Assembly (NCBI RefSeq): GCF_009914755.1
Contig: NC_060928.1
Length of the DNA stretch: 64,000 nucleotides
DNA from: the human T2T-CHM13v2.0 reference genome, Homo sapiens
Strand: one strand, 5' to 3'
Each line of letters starts with the position of its first letter. Position 1 is the stretch's first letter. The notes under the pieces were generated by a model. The model was not told the DNA's origin and made no database searches. It saw nothing but the letters and a program-made list of their open reading frames with translations. Below, one piece after another: positions 29,701-44,800 of this stretch. The translations under genes and the position numbers were made by a program.

Positions 29701-30510
29701 ATTTCTGCCTTAAATTTCATTATTTACCCAAGAGTCATTCAGGAGCAGGTTGTTCAATTTCAGTGTAATTGTGTGATTTTGAGTGAGTTTCTTAATTCTG
29801 ACTTCTAATTTGATTGCACTGTGGTCTGAGAGACTGTTATGACTTCACTTCTTTTGCATTTGCTGAGGAGTGTTTTCCTTCCAATTATGTGGTTGGTTTT
29901 AGAATAAGTGCCATGTGGCACTGAGAAGAATGCATATTATGTTGATTTGGGGTGGAGAGTTCTGTAGATGTCTATTGGGCCCACTTGATCCAGAGCTGAA
30001 TTCAAGCCTTGAATATCCTTATTAATTTTATGTCTTGATCTGTCTAATATTGACAGTGGGGTGTTAAAATCTCCCACTATTATAGTGTGGGAGTCTAAGT
30101 CTTTTTGTAGGTCTCTAAGAATTTGTTTTATGAATCTGGGTGCTCCTGTATTGAGTGCACATATATTTAAGAGAGTTAGCTCTTCTTGCTGAATCGATCC
30201 CTTTACCATTATGTGAAGCCCTTCTTTGTCTTTTTTGATCTTTGTTGGTTTGAAGTTTTGTCAGAGATAGGATTGCAACTCCTGCTTTTTTTTGTTTTCC
30301 ATTTGCTTGGTAAATTTTCCTCCATCACCTTATTTTGAGCCTCTGTGTGTCTTTGCATGTGAGATGGGTGTCCTGAATACAGCACCCCTAAGGGTGCTCT
30401 TTCCAATTTGTCAGCACCCCTAAGGGTGCCTCTTTCCAATTTGCCAGTCTGTGTCTTTTAACTGGGGCAGTTAGCCCATTTACATTTAAGATTAGTATTG
30501 TTATGTTGAA
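26780..30510 (-). pseudogene. L1 ORF2 (endonuclease/reverse transcriptase), multiply frameshifted
   Basis: Fragments TIIVGDFNTPLS (endonuclease), [33 protein letters not shown] in several frames. Confidence 0.93.
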
Positions 30511-30559
30511 TTTGATCCATCATCATGATGCTTTCTGGTTATTTTGCCCACTAGTTGAT

Positions 30560-31600
30560 GCAGTTTCTTCATAGTGTCATTGGTCTTTATATTTTGAGGT
30601 GTTTTCTGCAGTGACTGATACCAGTTTTTCCTTTCCATATTTAGTGCTTCCTTCAGGAGTTATTGCAAGGCAGGCCTGGTGGTGATGAAATTTCCCTCAG
30701 CATTTGCTTGTCTGGAAAGGATTTTATTTCTCCTTTGCTTATGAAGCTTAGTTTGGCTGGATATGAAATTCTGGGTTGAAAATTCTTTTCTTGAAGAATG
30801 TTGAATATTGGCCCTCAATCTCTTCTTCCTTTTAGGGTTTCTGCTGAAAGGTCTGCTGTTAGTCTGACGGGCTTCCCTTTGTAGGTGACCTGGCCTTTCT
30901 TTCTGGCTGCCCTTAACATTTTTTCCTTCATTTCAACCTTGGAGAAGCTGATGACTATGTGTCTTGGGGTGGCTCTTCTCATGGAGTATCTTAGTGGTGT
31001 TCTCTGTATTTCCTGAATTTTCATGTTGGCCTATCTTGCTAGGTTGGGGACGTTCTCCTTGATAGTATCCTGAAGTGTGTTTTCCAGCTTGTTCCCATTC
31101 TGCGTGTGTTCTTCAGGTACTCCAGTCAATCATAGGTTTGGTCTTTTTATCTAGTCCTGTATTTCTTGGAGGCTTTGCTCATTCCTTTTTTATTCTTTTT
31201 TTCTCTAATCTTGTCTGCATGCCTTATTTCAACAAGGTGGTCCTCCAACCCTGATATCCATTCTTCCACTTGGTTGATTTGGCTACTGACATTTGTGTAT
31301 GCTTTACAAAGTTCTTGTGCTGTGTTTTTCAGCTCCATCAGGTCATTTGTGGTCCTCTCTGAACTGGTTATTCTAGTTAGCAGCTCCTCTAATCTTTTAT
31401 CAAGGTTCTTAGCTTCTTTGCGTTGGGTTACAATATGCTCCTTTGGCTAAGCAGTGTTTTTTATTACCTATCTTCTGAAGCCTACTTCTGTCAATTTGTC
31501 CATCTCATCCTCATCCTTGCTGAAGAGAAATTGCAATCATTTGGAGTAGAAGAGGCACTCTGGCCTTCGGGGTTTTCAGCTTCTTTTCATTGATTCTTTC
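30560..31600 (-). pseudogene. L1 ORF1 (RNA-binding chaperone), disrupted
   Basis: IQEIQRTPLRYSMRRATPRHIVI...KGKPVRLTADLSAETL; MELKNTAQEL. Confidence 0.9.
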
Positions 31601-34583
31601 TCATCTTCATGACTTTTTCTTATTTCGATCTTTGAGGTTGCTGACCCTTGGTTGGGGTTTTTGTGGGGACTTTTTGTTGTTGTTGTTGATGCTGTTGTTA
31701 TTGCTTTCTGTTTGATTGTTTTTCTTTCAGTGGTCAGGCCCTCCTTCTGTAGGGCTGCTGTGGTTTGCTGGGGGTTCACTTCAGGCCCTATTCATCTGCT
31801 TTACTCCTGCACCTGGAGATGTCACTCAAGGAGGCTGGAGAACAGCAAAGTTGGGTGCCTGCTCCTTCTTCTGGGATCTCTGACCTTGACAGGCACTAAC
31901 CTGGTATCAGTAGGATAACTCCTGTATAGGGTGTCTGACAACCCCTGTTGGAGGGTCTCACCCAGTTGGGTGGCACAGGGAACGGGACCCATTAACAAAG
32001 CACTTTGACTGTCCCTTGGTAGAGGGGGTAGGCTTTGCTGGGGGGAAACCCAATTGTCTGGGCTGCCTGGATTCCTCAGAACTACCAGGAGGAAAGGCTA
32101 AGTCTGCTGGTCGGCAGATGGTGGCCACCCTTCCTGCTAGGGGCTCAGGCCCAGGGAGATCAGGGTTCTGTCCCTGACCCTCTGGCTGGAGTTGCTGGAG
32201 TTCCTGCAGGGAGGCCCCACCCACTGAGAAAGTATGAGTCAGGGTCAGGCCTGAAGAGGCACTCTTGCTGCAGTCTGCCATAGCTGGTGTGTTGGGCTGT
32301 GGGGGACACCTCTTGGGACCAAGCCATTCAGGCTTCCTGGTTCCAGCAGGGGAAAAGCATGGCCTGGAGCTATAGAGATGGATGCTGCCTTTCCCCAACC
32401 CAGGGAGCTTGGTGTGTGAGGCAGTTATGAGTCCCAGTGCTGACTGCTGCCCCTCCCTCAAGGAGCTCAAAATGCTTAGCTAGGAGGCAGCCGCAGCTGT
32501 GGAGCTCGTCGCCCCTTCCCCCTGAGACCTTGACAGGCTTAAGCAGATTCTAGCTGAGAGGCTGTTGAGAATCTGCATGGCTCTGGGATTGGGACCCTAG
32601 GCCTCAGTGGCATGCGTTCACCAGTGAGAACTTCCAATCCGTGGGTTGCTCAGTTCTGTAGAAAAAGCACTGTTTCCCTGGCTGGGTAACATGCTCACCC
32701 ATTGCCTTCCTTCGTTGTGGGGTGGAGGCTCCCCTGTCCCATGTGGCTCTCCGGTGGGCCACCACACCACGCTGCTCTTCTTTCCTCTCCGTGGATCACG
32801 CCAGCCATCTAGTTGGTTCTGATGAGAGAATATGTTTACCTTGGTTGCTAGTGCATGATTCACATGCTACTGTGGTTATTTTCAATGGCAGCCTCTGATT
32901 GCCACTGCTTCTAGTTGGCTCCACCCTCTAACCATTTTCATGTGGCATTAAAATTCTCATTTCTAGATCAAACTTCAGATGAACTTTTTGTACAACTTAC
33001 ATCACTTGTCCCATTGATAGTCCATTTTGTAATGAACTAAACTCAATATCCTCCCAAAACCTTTCATCTTCTTAGTTCCTTCTTTCGATTAATGATGCCA
33101 GCCTTCCTATTGTGAGGTGTAAAACCCTAGTCATATTTAAGTCCTTGCTCTCTTGAGCTAACCACAATAATTTAATATTTAAATTATGTGATTCTAAATT
33201 CCAAAATATCTTTTCTATCCTCTCTTTATTATTTATTTTTAATATTGCCCTATTTATACAAATTCTTTATCAGATTATAGGTACATCTCATAGTGCCTTG
33301 CAGCACTTTGTATAATGCCTTATATCAATTAGGCATAACACATATAGTTTGTTGAAGTAAGTTGTATACACAGGTGCCAACATTTATAATTACGGTCCTT
33401 ATTTTTCAAAGAAACATAAGCTATAGTTTAGAGCTTCCCTTCCACAAAAATTACATGACACTAGAAGTAAAATCAATATTAAAGTCATATTTTAGGTACT
33501 ATAAAACCCAACTCTACATGATATGTTTTCTACCACCAAAAGTTTAGAATTCGTATTAGTAATTGTATAGGTTGGAAATACCCAATTTGCAGCTTTTCTA
33601 ATCTGTAAAATAACAAAATACTAACAATTCATGAAAAGCAATAAATTCAGTTTGAAAATTGAGCAAGGGAAAGGATACTAACATTGAGTGCTCGATATTG
33701 GCAGGTACTATGATAGAGAACGTACATAGGCAGTTCAGCTAAAACCTTACAATAAGCTTGTGGAGAGAGATCATTTTATGGCATTTTACATATGGGAAAA
33801 ACTTTCATTTTTTATTTCTCCATGATCACAATTCTAGTAAATGGCTCCCCTGAAACTAAAATCTAACTTTTCACTTTTTAAATCACATTTGTGGGAGACA
33901 CCTAATATGTACCAGGCTTCTGTCTTACTGTGCAATGCAGATAAAATTTAAAAAGAAAAAAATGTGTTATACTACATTTGGGAATTTTTGAATAAGAAGC
34001 AAAAGTTTATGTTAAGCTAAAACACTTTCAAATCTCTAAAAGCATCAATCATGTATTATCTAGCCTCCAAGCATTTATATAAACTGCTTTCTCTGCCTAG
34101 TAAAATAAAAACAATATAACAATAAGTGAATGACAGTAAAATAATTCATACATTCTTTAATTTAACAATCAAAAATTGAGTGCATACTCTGTGCAGTGAC
34201 CATGATTCCTGGAGTTTACAATTGTTCCTGGATAAATATATTCATCAGTTGGATATTCTACTTATTAGCTGTGTAACACTGGATAATCCGCTATTTCCCT
34301 GAGCTTTAATTTTTTATATGTAAATAGGATTTTACATTTCTTAATATATTAGACTCTTGTAAAAAATAGATGTAGAAATATTGTGATTTGTTTAACACAC
34401 TTACTAGCAGTCATTTTGGATTTGACTTTCAGCCACAATTTTGGTTATTTTTGGTGTTTTGCTTCACTTTTTAAATTCTTCCTTAGAATTTAGCAATCCA
34501 GTTATACATCCTTCTTCCCAAGAAACCTTCCCTGCAACCTCAGTACAAAATGAAGCATCATTTCCGTACATATACTCATATAA

Positions 34584-35003
<420 letters not shown>

Positions 35004-37325
35004 TGAGATTTGTACTGCTCACCCATGAGTTCACAGCAAGTGCCACATTTCTAGACCACAATGGATTTCTAATAAGTGGTTCTGAATGAATGTGCTTGGA
35101 GTACAAAGAAATAATGGGGAGGTAGGGGTGATAAATTTCCTGGCAGTTGTTTCAGTATTGCAACCCAAATTGGATATACAATGGATGGAAGGCCATTATC
35201 AACCCAACAGCCATGTGAGTGTTTTAACTCTCTACTGCCTTTCAGTTTAATAGTGCTCCTCAGTAGGAAAGGCAAAACAGACTGCATGCACTGTCTGTCT
35301 GGAATATTGTTGAAAAGTTTCATATATTAGAAGAAATATTGGACTCAAGAACATTCCCAGGCACCAAATAGAAATTTATTACTTAGTTTGATTTTTCTTA
35401 GAAAAATGTAATATCTGGGTAAATAAAATCTGAAAATAGAGCATTTATTGTCTCATTATATATAAGAATTGAATAACCTTGATATTTAAACAGAACTTGT
35501 GAATGCAGGTAATATTAGTTACAAAATGTCATCAGTCAAATCCTCAGTCTTTCATTATGGTGGCTATGAAGATTGAAAATTTTAAATAAAGCTGGGCTGT
35601 ACTGAACTTTTCACTTCCTCCAAGTGAGTAAGTTCCTTTTTTTTTTTTTGGATTGTCCTCAAAGCAATTTTATTCCAGCAGTGGCTCTTTATGATAAACT
35701 GGGATAACTTCATCCTTCATTGATGGATGTGGGCTTCTCTGCTGACATGACAGATGTGCTTTTTTGTAAGGTTTTCCTCAAGAAATATAGCAATTAAGCT
35801 TAGAATGTAAGAGGATAAACTATAATTTATAACCTTCTCCCTAACACAGCAATCTAGAAAGGGTGTTTCTAATTTGAGGAAACACAAACAAAACAAGGGA
35901 AAGTCAAAAGAACAACAGCAACAAAAACAACAATAGAAAGGGGTTGGTAAGGCTTTCAAAACTTGTAAACTTTTTATACACTGTACTTGACATATCTCAG
36001 TGGAATGTGCATCAGAGGGGAAAAAAAGCATGTCATTGCTCTGAAACTGTCTTTTCTAATTCAGTGCATCCATGTATTGTTATAAATCTGTTTCCCAATC
36101 ATGCTTCCTCACTGAAAGATGCAGACACAAGGGAACAAGCTGCACTACTATCTATCAGCTCAGATAAAGGAAAAGTTTCTTTTAGCCTGACACTGACAGC
36201 TTAATGAAATGAAGGCCAAGATGCATGCATGCAAATAAGAGAAAGACTGGTAAGGTAGTGACCATACTTGGTATTTAAAATAGGCAAGTAGGGTAACTTG
36301 TACCTATGTTTTTTTTTCCCTTAGGCTAGGGCAGTGAGACTAAGACTGCTTTCTGTGGATAGTCTATGGACACTGCTTTCACAACTTTATAGATACAACT
36401 TTTCTTTGGCCTAATGAAACAATTGAAGCCATAGCACTTATTTAAAGGATTAAAAAAAAAGCTATAGTATTATTTTTCTATTTTGATAAATGAAGAAGAT
36501 GATAAGATACCGGATCTCATTATGTAAACTTGTGTTATGCATTGTGATTTCCTGTCGTTGCTTTGAACCTTGCAGCTGGGTTATTTTAAAATCTCTAAGG
36601 ACCAGTGGGATTTTTATAGAATGAACTGAAAAATGGATCCAATCCTTTACTTGAAACATAGCAAATATTTATTACCCTTTGTTTCCCATTAGTTTTTACT
36701 TTCACACGCCTACACCTTTCCTTAGCATCTGTAGGAGAAAAAGAATAGCGGGAAGAACTGGAAAGAACTTCCTGTCACACACTCCAGATTATTAACAGTA
36801 AACACAAAGTACTCAAAATCTCATGAGAAAATCTGAATGGTAAGAGAATTACAGCATTAAGTTTGGTGAAAGAGGTGATGATTATAATGCAAGTGGTTTT
36901 TTTTTTTCTTTTTCTTCTCAATCTTCGTTTGGTTAAAGGTGAAAATGTTTTGAAAAAGAATATAAAATGTAGTCTTCACTGACATTTCACCCAATCACTA
37001 ATCCTTAAAAGGATTACTTGTCAATGATTTCATTCCTGATTCGAATGCATTTACACTGAATATGTGAGAACTGCGTTTCTGTATGTGCTTCAAGTTGCCA
37101 TTGTCCTCCAAAACACACAAGTCACCTTGTAAAGCTATTTCAGACAAAAGTGACATAAAGATATTGCTGTTTCTAAGATTTTCCCCCATTATATAAATGT
37201 CTATAATACCATTAGGATTACAACAGAAGAGAAACCTGATTTTCTCCAATCACTAGCTAGATTTATATCTAATGTCGCTCTATATCTTCAGAGCATTTTA
37301 GAGCTTACACCAAGAACACAGTTGA

Positions 37326-37455
37326 GGCCGGGAGTGGTAGCACACGCTTGTAATCCGAGATACTCAGGTGGCTGCGGCACGAGGATTGCTTGAACCTGGG
37401 AGCACCCACTGCACTCTAACCTGGGCAACAGAGTGAGACTCTGTCTAAAAATAAT
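37326..37455 (+). mobile_element. Alu monomer (FRAM/FAM-like) with internal deletion
   Basis: ggccgggagtggtagcacacgcttgtaatcc...ctgggcaacagagtgagactctgtctaaaaa; TSD aacacagttga/aatacagctga. Confidence 0.85.
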
Positions 37456-37532
37456 AATACAGCTGAAATCAGAATTAACAGAAAGATTAATGCTACAGTT
37501 TTAAAGTAGAGAAAACCATTCCTAAAATTCTG

Positions 37533-37838
37533 GGTTTTGTTTGTTTGTTTGTTTGTTTGAGACAGAGTCTCACTCTGTCGCCCAGGCTGGAGTGCAGTGG
37601 CGCGATCTCGGTTCACTGCAAGCTCCACCTCTCTGGTTATGTCATTCTCCCGCCTCAGCCTCCCGAGTAGCTGGGACTACAGGCGTCCACCACCACGCCT
37701 GGCTAATTTTTTGTATTTTTAGTAGAGACGGGGTTTCACCGTGTTAGCCAGGATGGTCTCGATCTCCTGACCTCCTGATCCACCTGCCTTGGCCTCCCAA
37801 AATGCTGGGATTACAGGCGTGAGCCACCGCACCCAGCC
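37533..37838 (-). mobile_element. AluY-like element with (CAAA)n tail
   Basis: Y-type bases actgcaagctcc and caccgtgttagccaggatggtctcgatctcc; TSD taaaattctg at 37523-37532 and 37839-37848. Confidence 0.95.
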
Positions 37839-37949
37839 TAAAATTCTGTTATTAAATCAGTGTAAAGCAGGTGTTTCATCTTCATATGTGAAAGATTTTT
37901 GACCTCTATTTTATCCTCCATCTTTTTTTCTTTACTCTTATACCAATAG

Positions 37950-37986
<37 letters not shown>
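37950..37986. repeat. (CA)n microsatellite, ~18 units
   Basis: Read directly from the sequence. Confidence 0.98.
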
Positions 37987-37989
<3 letters not shown>

Positions 37990-38129
37990 CTTAAAGGTAG
38001 AGGTATTAAATTAATTCACTATTTTATTTAAACTCAGGGGCAACCACTGATTCACAGTCAAACAATATTTATCAAAAGGCAAGAGTTATTGTAAAAACAA
38101 AAATCTTAAGAAACTCACTGAAGGATCTA

Positions 38130-38486
38130 CTCTGGTTAGCTATTATAGGCTAATTGCTATAAAATTAAAAACAAAAGCAAATACTTTTTTAGTTGTTTAA
38201 TGCGGTGGAACTTTATGTCTTCCATCTCAGTCTACTTGCACAATCCTCTGTGTGGTGATTGAGAGACTCAAGGTCATTCTATCTAGTGGCTCTCCCACTA
38301 TAAGGTCCTCAGAGTTCTCCACCAGACCCTGTGCATCAGGACTAGAGAGAAAGGAGAGCAAGCATGGGAGGTCTCATGGAAGGTATTTTAGAGGCTGGGC
38401 CTAAACTGGATGAAATTACTTCTTTCCAAATTATTTAAACAAGCCTCAATCAATTGGCTCCATCAAACTAGTGTGTAATGTAGAAT
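38130..38486 (-). mobile_element. MLT1K/L-like LTR, split by Alu+L1 (resumes ~40336-40390)
   Basis: ttctatctagtggctctccc...gagagcaagcatgggagg...ttttagaggctgggcctaaactgg...aatgtagaat|agctg. Confidence 0.55.
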
Positions 38487-40335
<1,849 letters not shown>

Positions 40336-41619
40336 CAGAATAGCTGACGTCTGTAAAAACATGGCACAGTTTAGTAACAATCTTATTGCAAATGATGTTC
40401 TTTATTATTTCATCATTTCTGAGCTCTAGGAGAGTTCTCACTGAGAAATCTGATTATATTAATTTTCTTTCAAACATTGTTTCTCATCAACAGGCTATTT
40501 CGGAAAGGACAAATTTCCTTTGTCATAATGTAGGTATGTAAGTCATTATGGAAGGCACCATTAGATTTAGAACTGGATATACATTATCTTCTGTAAAGTT
40601 GTCTCACTTTCTTTGTTCATTCCACTTTACATAGATGATAAATTTATTATGTATTTGATACAGTCATATGAACTAATTGATCTTACTGTAACATAACTAT
40701 GAACAGACAAATAATTATATAAATAAATAGACACATAGACAACTACATAAGTAGATGTATATATAAATAACTTTGATTGATAAAGAGACAAATATGCAGT
40801 TTTTATTGTAAACAATACAATATGATATGATTTTGTCTCTTCCATCAAATCACATTTAATAGGAAAGAAAGACTCTAAAGTGAAAAATATAATGATAAAT
40901 ATAAGCATAAGATGTATACAGGCCCTTGAACCCACATAAAGGTGGAAAAAGAGAGATGGAAGTTGATGGTCAATAGAAATTTCCTGAAGCTGGGGAATCT
41001 TGCAAAATTAAGTAAATAAAGGTGGGAATATTCCAGGTTGCTGGAGTGCCATACAAAGGCAGTACAATATGTCAGAATGTTCTATGTTTGGGGAACTTCA
41101 AGAACATTTTGGTATGGTGCAATATCATATTCAAGAGGAGTAGTGGCCAGATAATAATGAGTCTTATATTTAATGCAAAGCAAATGAGAATCAAATCTTT
41201 AATGCAATATTACATAACAATTGCCTAAAGATCCTGATTCAGTAGGTAAGGCTTTGGCATATTCATTTTTAGCAAATAACTCAGGTGATTTTTGAGGCTA
41301 TTTGCCTCAAATTTATTAGATATTATTTATTAGATAAAACTTTTGAAACGTTGCTTCGTAATGAGAGTCTTGAAAGTGTTCACCAGGCCATACCAAGGAA
41401 AGATTTCTTTTGAAAATAATAAATTCTCTGACATTTGGTGAAGAAATGAATTGGAACAAGTTGGTAATAGGAAATAATATAAATTAGGAAGTTGTTAAAT
41501 AATCTAGGTGAGAAATGATAAAAGTCTCACCTATGGCACTGCTGGAAGTAGACAAAATATATGGAAATTGTTAATAAGGAAGAATCGCCTGATCAATACC
41601 AAACCACCACTCATATATA

Positions 41620-41810
41620 CTACAACCCTTACTAAATTTAAATTATTTCATCCTCACATATCTATGATGAACATGTGTTATCTCTTTTTACAGATATGGA
41701 AAGTTTCAAAGATAATTTAAATAACTTGCCCAGTGTTATATGACAAGGAATTGGTTGAACAGGATTCCAGCCCACACTGATTTCAAAGCCTGTTTCTTTC
41801 AATATCATGG
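41620..41810 (-). mobile_element. MIR
   Basis: catcctcaca...ttttacagatatggaaag...aataacttgcccagtgttata...ggattccagccc. Confidence 0.6.
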
Positions 41811-44800
41811 TAGACTGTCTCTTTTGTGAAACAGATAATATAAACCCCACTTTAGAGAATTTTGCCTGAGAAAGTAGGGAAAGAGACAGGCCTATTACAA
41901 GATTAAAATTTAGGGAGGTAAATTTCTGTAGTTTAAGTTTTAAGAGGGAGTAGATTTGAGACTGCTTGTTTCCTGAGGGCAATATGTTGGTGGAGCTGAA
42001 GACAAGGAAGAGTAGGAAAATTCACAGAATATGATGATGAAGAAGCTGGAAGAAATGGGATCTAAAGCACAGTTAGAGAAACAGGCTATAAAGATGGATG
42101 CATCCTCTTGTGGGTCAGAAGAGCAAGGCAAAAGGATTGGTGTAAATAAGCAAAATGTTGAAGTTGAAGGAAGTGACAGAATCATGGAAAAGGAAACAGC
42201 CATTCTGATAGCCTTTATTCTCTGTGGCAATCTCATGGCTAAAATGAGAGATCTAAAATGAGAGCATCTAAGCTATATGGGAAGAAGTATGGCTATCATA
42301 GAGGGCTGATAGAATGGTATGAAACATGGCAATCAAGATGTGTAGCATTCATGAAGACAAAGAATAACCTTAGATGTAACTGAGCTAGAGAATGGTCAGG
42401 ATGGATTACACTACATTTTTTGAAGGCAGAGGAGTTACAGCTAATGAAAAATTCCAGGATGGGTTATGGGTGTAGGTGAATAAAATTTTCCCTTGAATGC
42501 TGAATCAATAAATATTTGAAGACACAGAGAAAAGCACCAGTTAAAGGAAGACATTGAAAATATAGTGTCAAATACAGAAAACTTTTGAATAGAAACTGAT
42601 CATATATAGTTTACTTTCAATGTAATAAATCATTCTAAACTTAACTTTATATCAGGAATGACAAGAAGCAGAAGTGCTGTTACTTCTCTCCCATATCAGG
42701 TATTGGTTATCAATCTTTGAGCTCATTCCTTTAAAAAAAAGAGAGACAGCCTCACATTCCTTTTTAACTTAATTCTCAAGCATATTATTTGTTACATTAC
42801 CTTAAATGTATTTACCACACCTGATATATCATAAATAGCTTACATTACATAGACAATTTTATAATAATAGTGTTTATCATTTTGACTGCATTGGCTTATT
42901 TTCTAAACACGATTATTAATATAAAACTCTTACTACTAAAATTATTTTAAGGCTATTTGAACATTATCCTAATTATAAAGGCAATTTAAAGGATACAAAA
43001 AGATACCTAATAGTTTAAATATTACATACCCTGTCAGTTTTTTTTAAGTTGACATATCTCAATATATGCTTAATTTTTCTATTGGAGTATTAATAATATG
43101 TGAATACAATGAAATCAGTAGGGGAAATGAGAAAAATCTTGAGATTACTCAATATATAAAAAATCCTGAATTTGTAAAAGTGCCTCCATTTTGTAAGTTT
43201 TCTGACATTTGGAGTCCCTCTGAACTCTTATTTCCAGCTGTGGAAATGGAGCAATTTGTTCTGTAAACACTTGTGAAGACATATTGTGCTCTCTGATCTC
43301 TATTAAGTTTTCATTTGCTAAACTTGAGTCAACTCAGGCAGTAGAAATATATTTTGAGAGCAAGCAAGAAAAAAGCAGTTTTAATTTTTTTCCCATTTTC
43401 AACAGATTCTTGGGTTCTCAACTTTGTCTTTTCTGTACAGAAAACTTAATTAATTCTAGAGAAAGATAAATCCTAAGACTACGAGAGAAAGAACAGCTTT
43501 CAATTTCTAATAAATCACTAAAATGCTCTTTTATGGCATGTGTTAGTAGACTCTTCCCCATCTTTGTGAGCTTGCTTATTTTCTCCCCTTCTAGAAATTT
43601 GTAAGTTAATACATACACTTTGATATGAGAGAAACAGATGATATAATCTTTTAATATTCCATCTATGCATAAGACATATTTGAAAATATCAAATAAATCT
43701 AGGTCAAGAAGAAGAGGGATATCTCAATATAAATATTAAAAGCCCCATGTTTTAACAATGACTTAATCATTTTAAAAATTGTCAATACTCAACTTTGGAA
43801 AAGATAGAACAGATAAAAACTAAAGAAAAAAACAGAAATTATTATTGTAAGGAAATGGTGGGTGGGAATTATTAAATCTGAATGAACAAACAATAAGAGT
43901 TTGTATTAGTTTGTTTTCTTTTACATAAAATAATCCCATATAAATTAGTTCCTTTAGCCTTTTCCTTTGACCTTAAGCTGTTCAAGCCTAAAGGAATTCA
44001 CAAAATTCCTCTTTGTCATTGAACTCTATGTGAACATAGATGTTTTGTAGTTCACACAGATCATAGACTTTTGATCTAAATATGTAAAAACAGGGGAGAG
44101 AAAGTCAGGAATTTCTAATAGAAATGTAAGATAACATTCTCAGAAATAAGAGCTCATTTGGGTATACTTTTAAATGGTGTGATTTTTTTAAAAAGTGCTT
44201 TAGCTTATGAAACAGTGGTTTAGAGGATTCCTTGTGTGATATTTCTGCCACTTCCCCCATTAATAATGACTTTCATTACTTCACTCCCATTACCATATTA
44301 AATCTTACAAGGTTTTTCTTTTTCTTTTTTTTTTCCAAAATGGGGTCATATATGTAATAAAGCTGCTCATCAGACTAATTGATCACCAATTCTACCTGTG
44401 CAGAGTGACAGTGGCACTTTGTGATAGAATTAGACTGTCTACTCAGTTTATAGTCATTTGTCATCAGAGCTTATTTCTCTGCCATTTGGTGAAGAGACCA
44501 GTTCAAACATGGTCGTTGATCTGCGCTTGCCTCTGCACCACTGTGTAGACCAAGTATTCACTGGTCTGTGGTAAAACTGGAAAACTAAGGACAGTATGGA
44601 GAATTTTCAATTAAGTTAAATGTGTTCACTTTTAAAATTTCAATATATATAAATTCTTACTTTTGATTCAAAACGTCCCCTCTTATAGATTGAGAGTACG
44701 CTAAGATTACAGCTGAGTTTTGCTCTTTTGACAACCCCCATCCTCCCACAAGCATATATGCACACACTCACATAACCAAGCAACACAGCACAATGATGGC

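Larger units (their letters stand above)
26516..32928 (-). mobile_element. Full-length decayed LINE-1, L1PA8-like (5'UTR, ORF1, ORF2, 3'UTR, poly-A)
   Basis: Colinear ORF1 and ORF2 remnants in the ORF track; 3'UTR variant tgctgcacttattgacc...ctaagtt; GC-richer 5'UTR ending ggctccaccctc; degenerate TSD taaccacatttt (26504-26515) / taaccatttt (32929-32938). Confidence 0.95.

Noticed and set aside
31958-32470. 170-aa proline-rich ORF
   Set aside because: It lies in the GC-rich L1 5'UTR where stop codons are rare; no recognisable domain.
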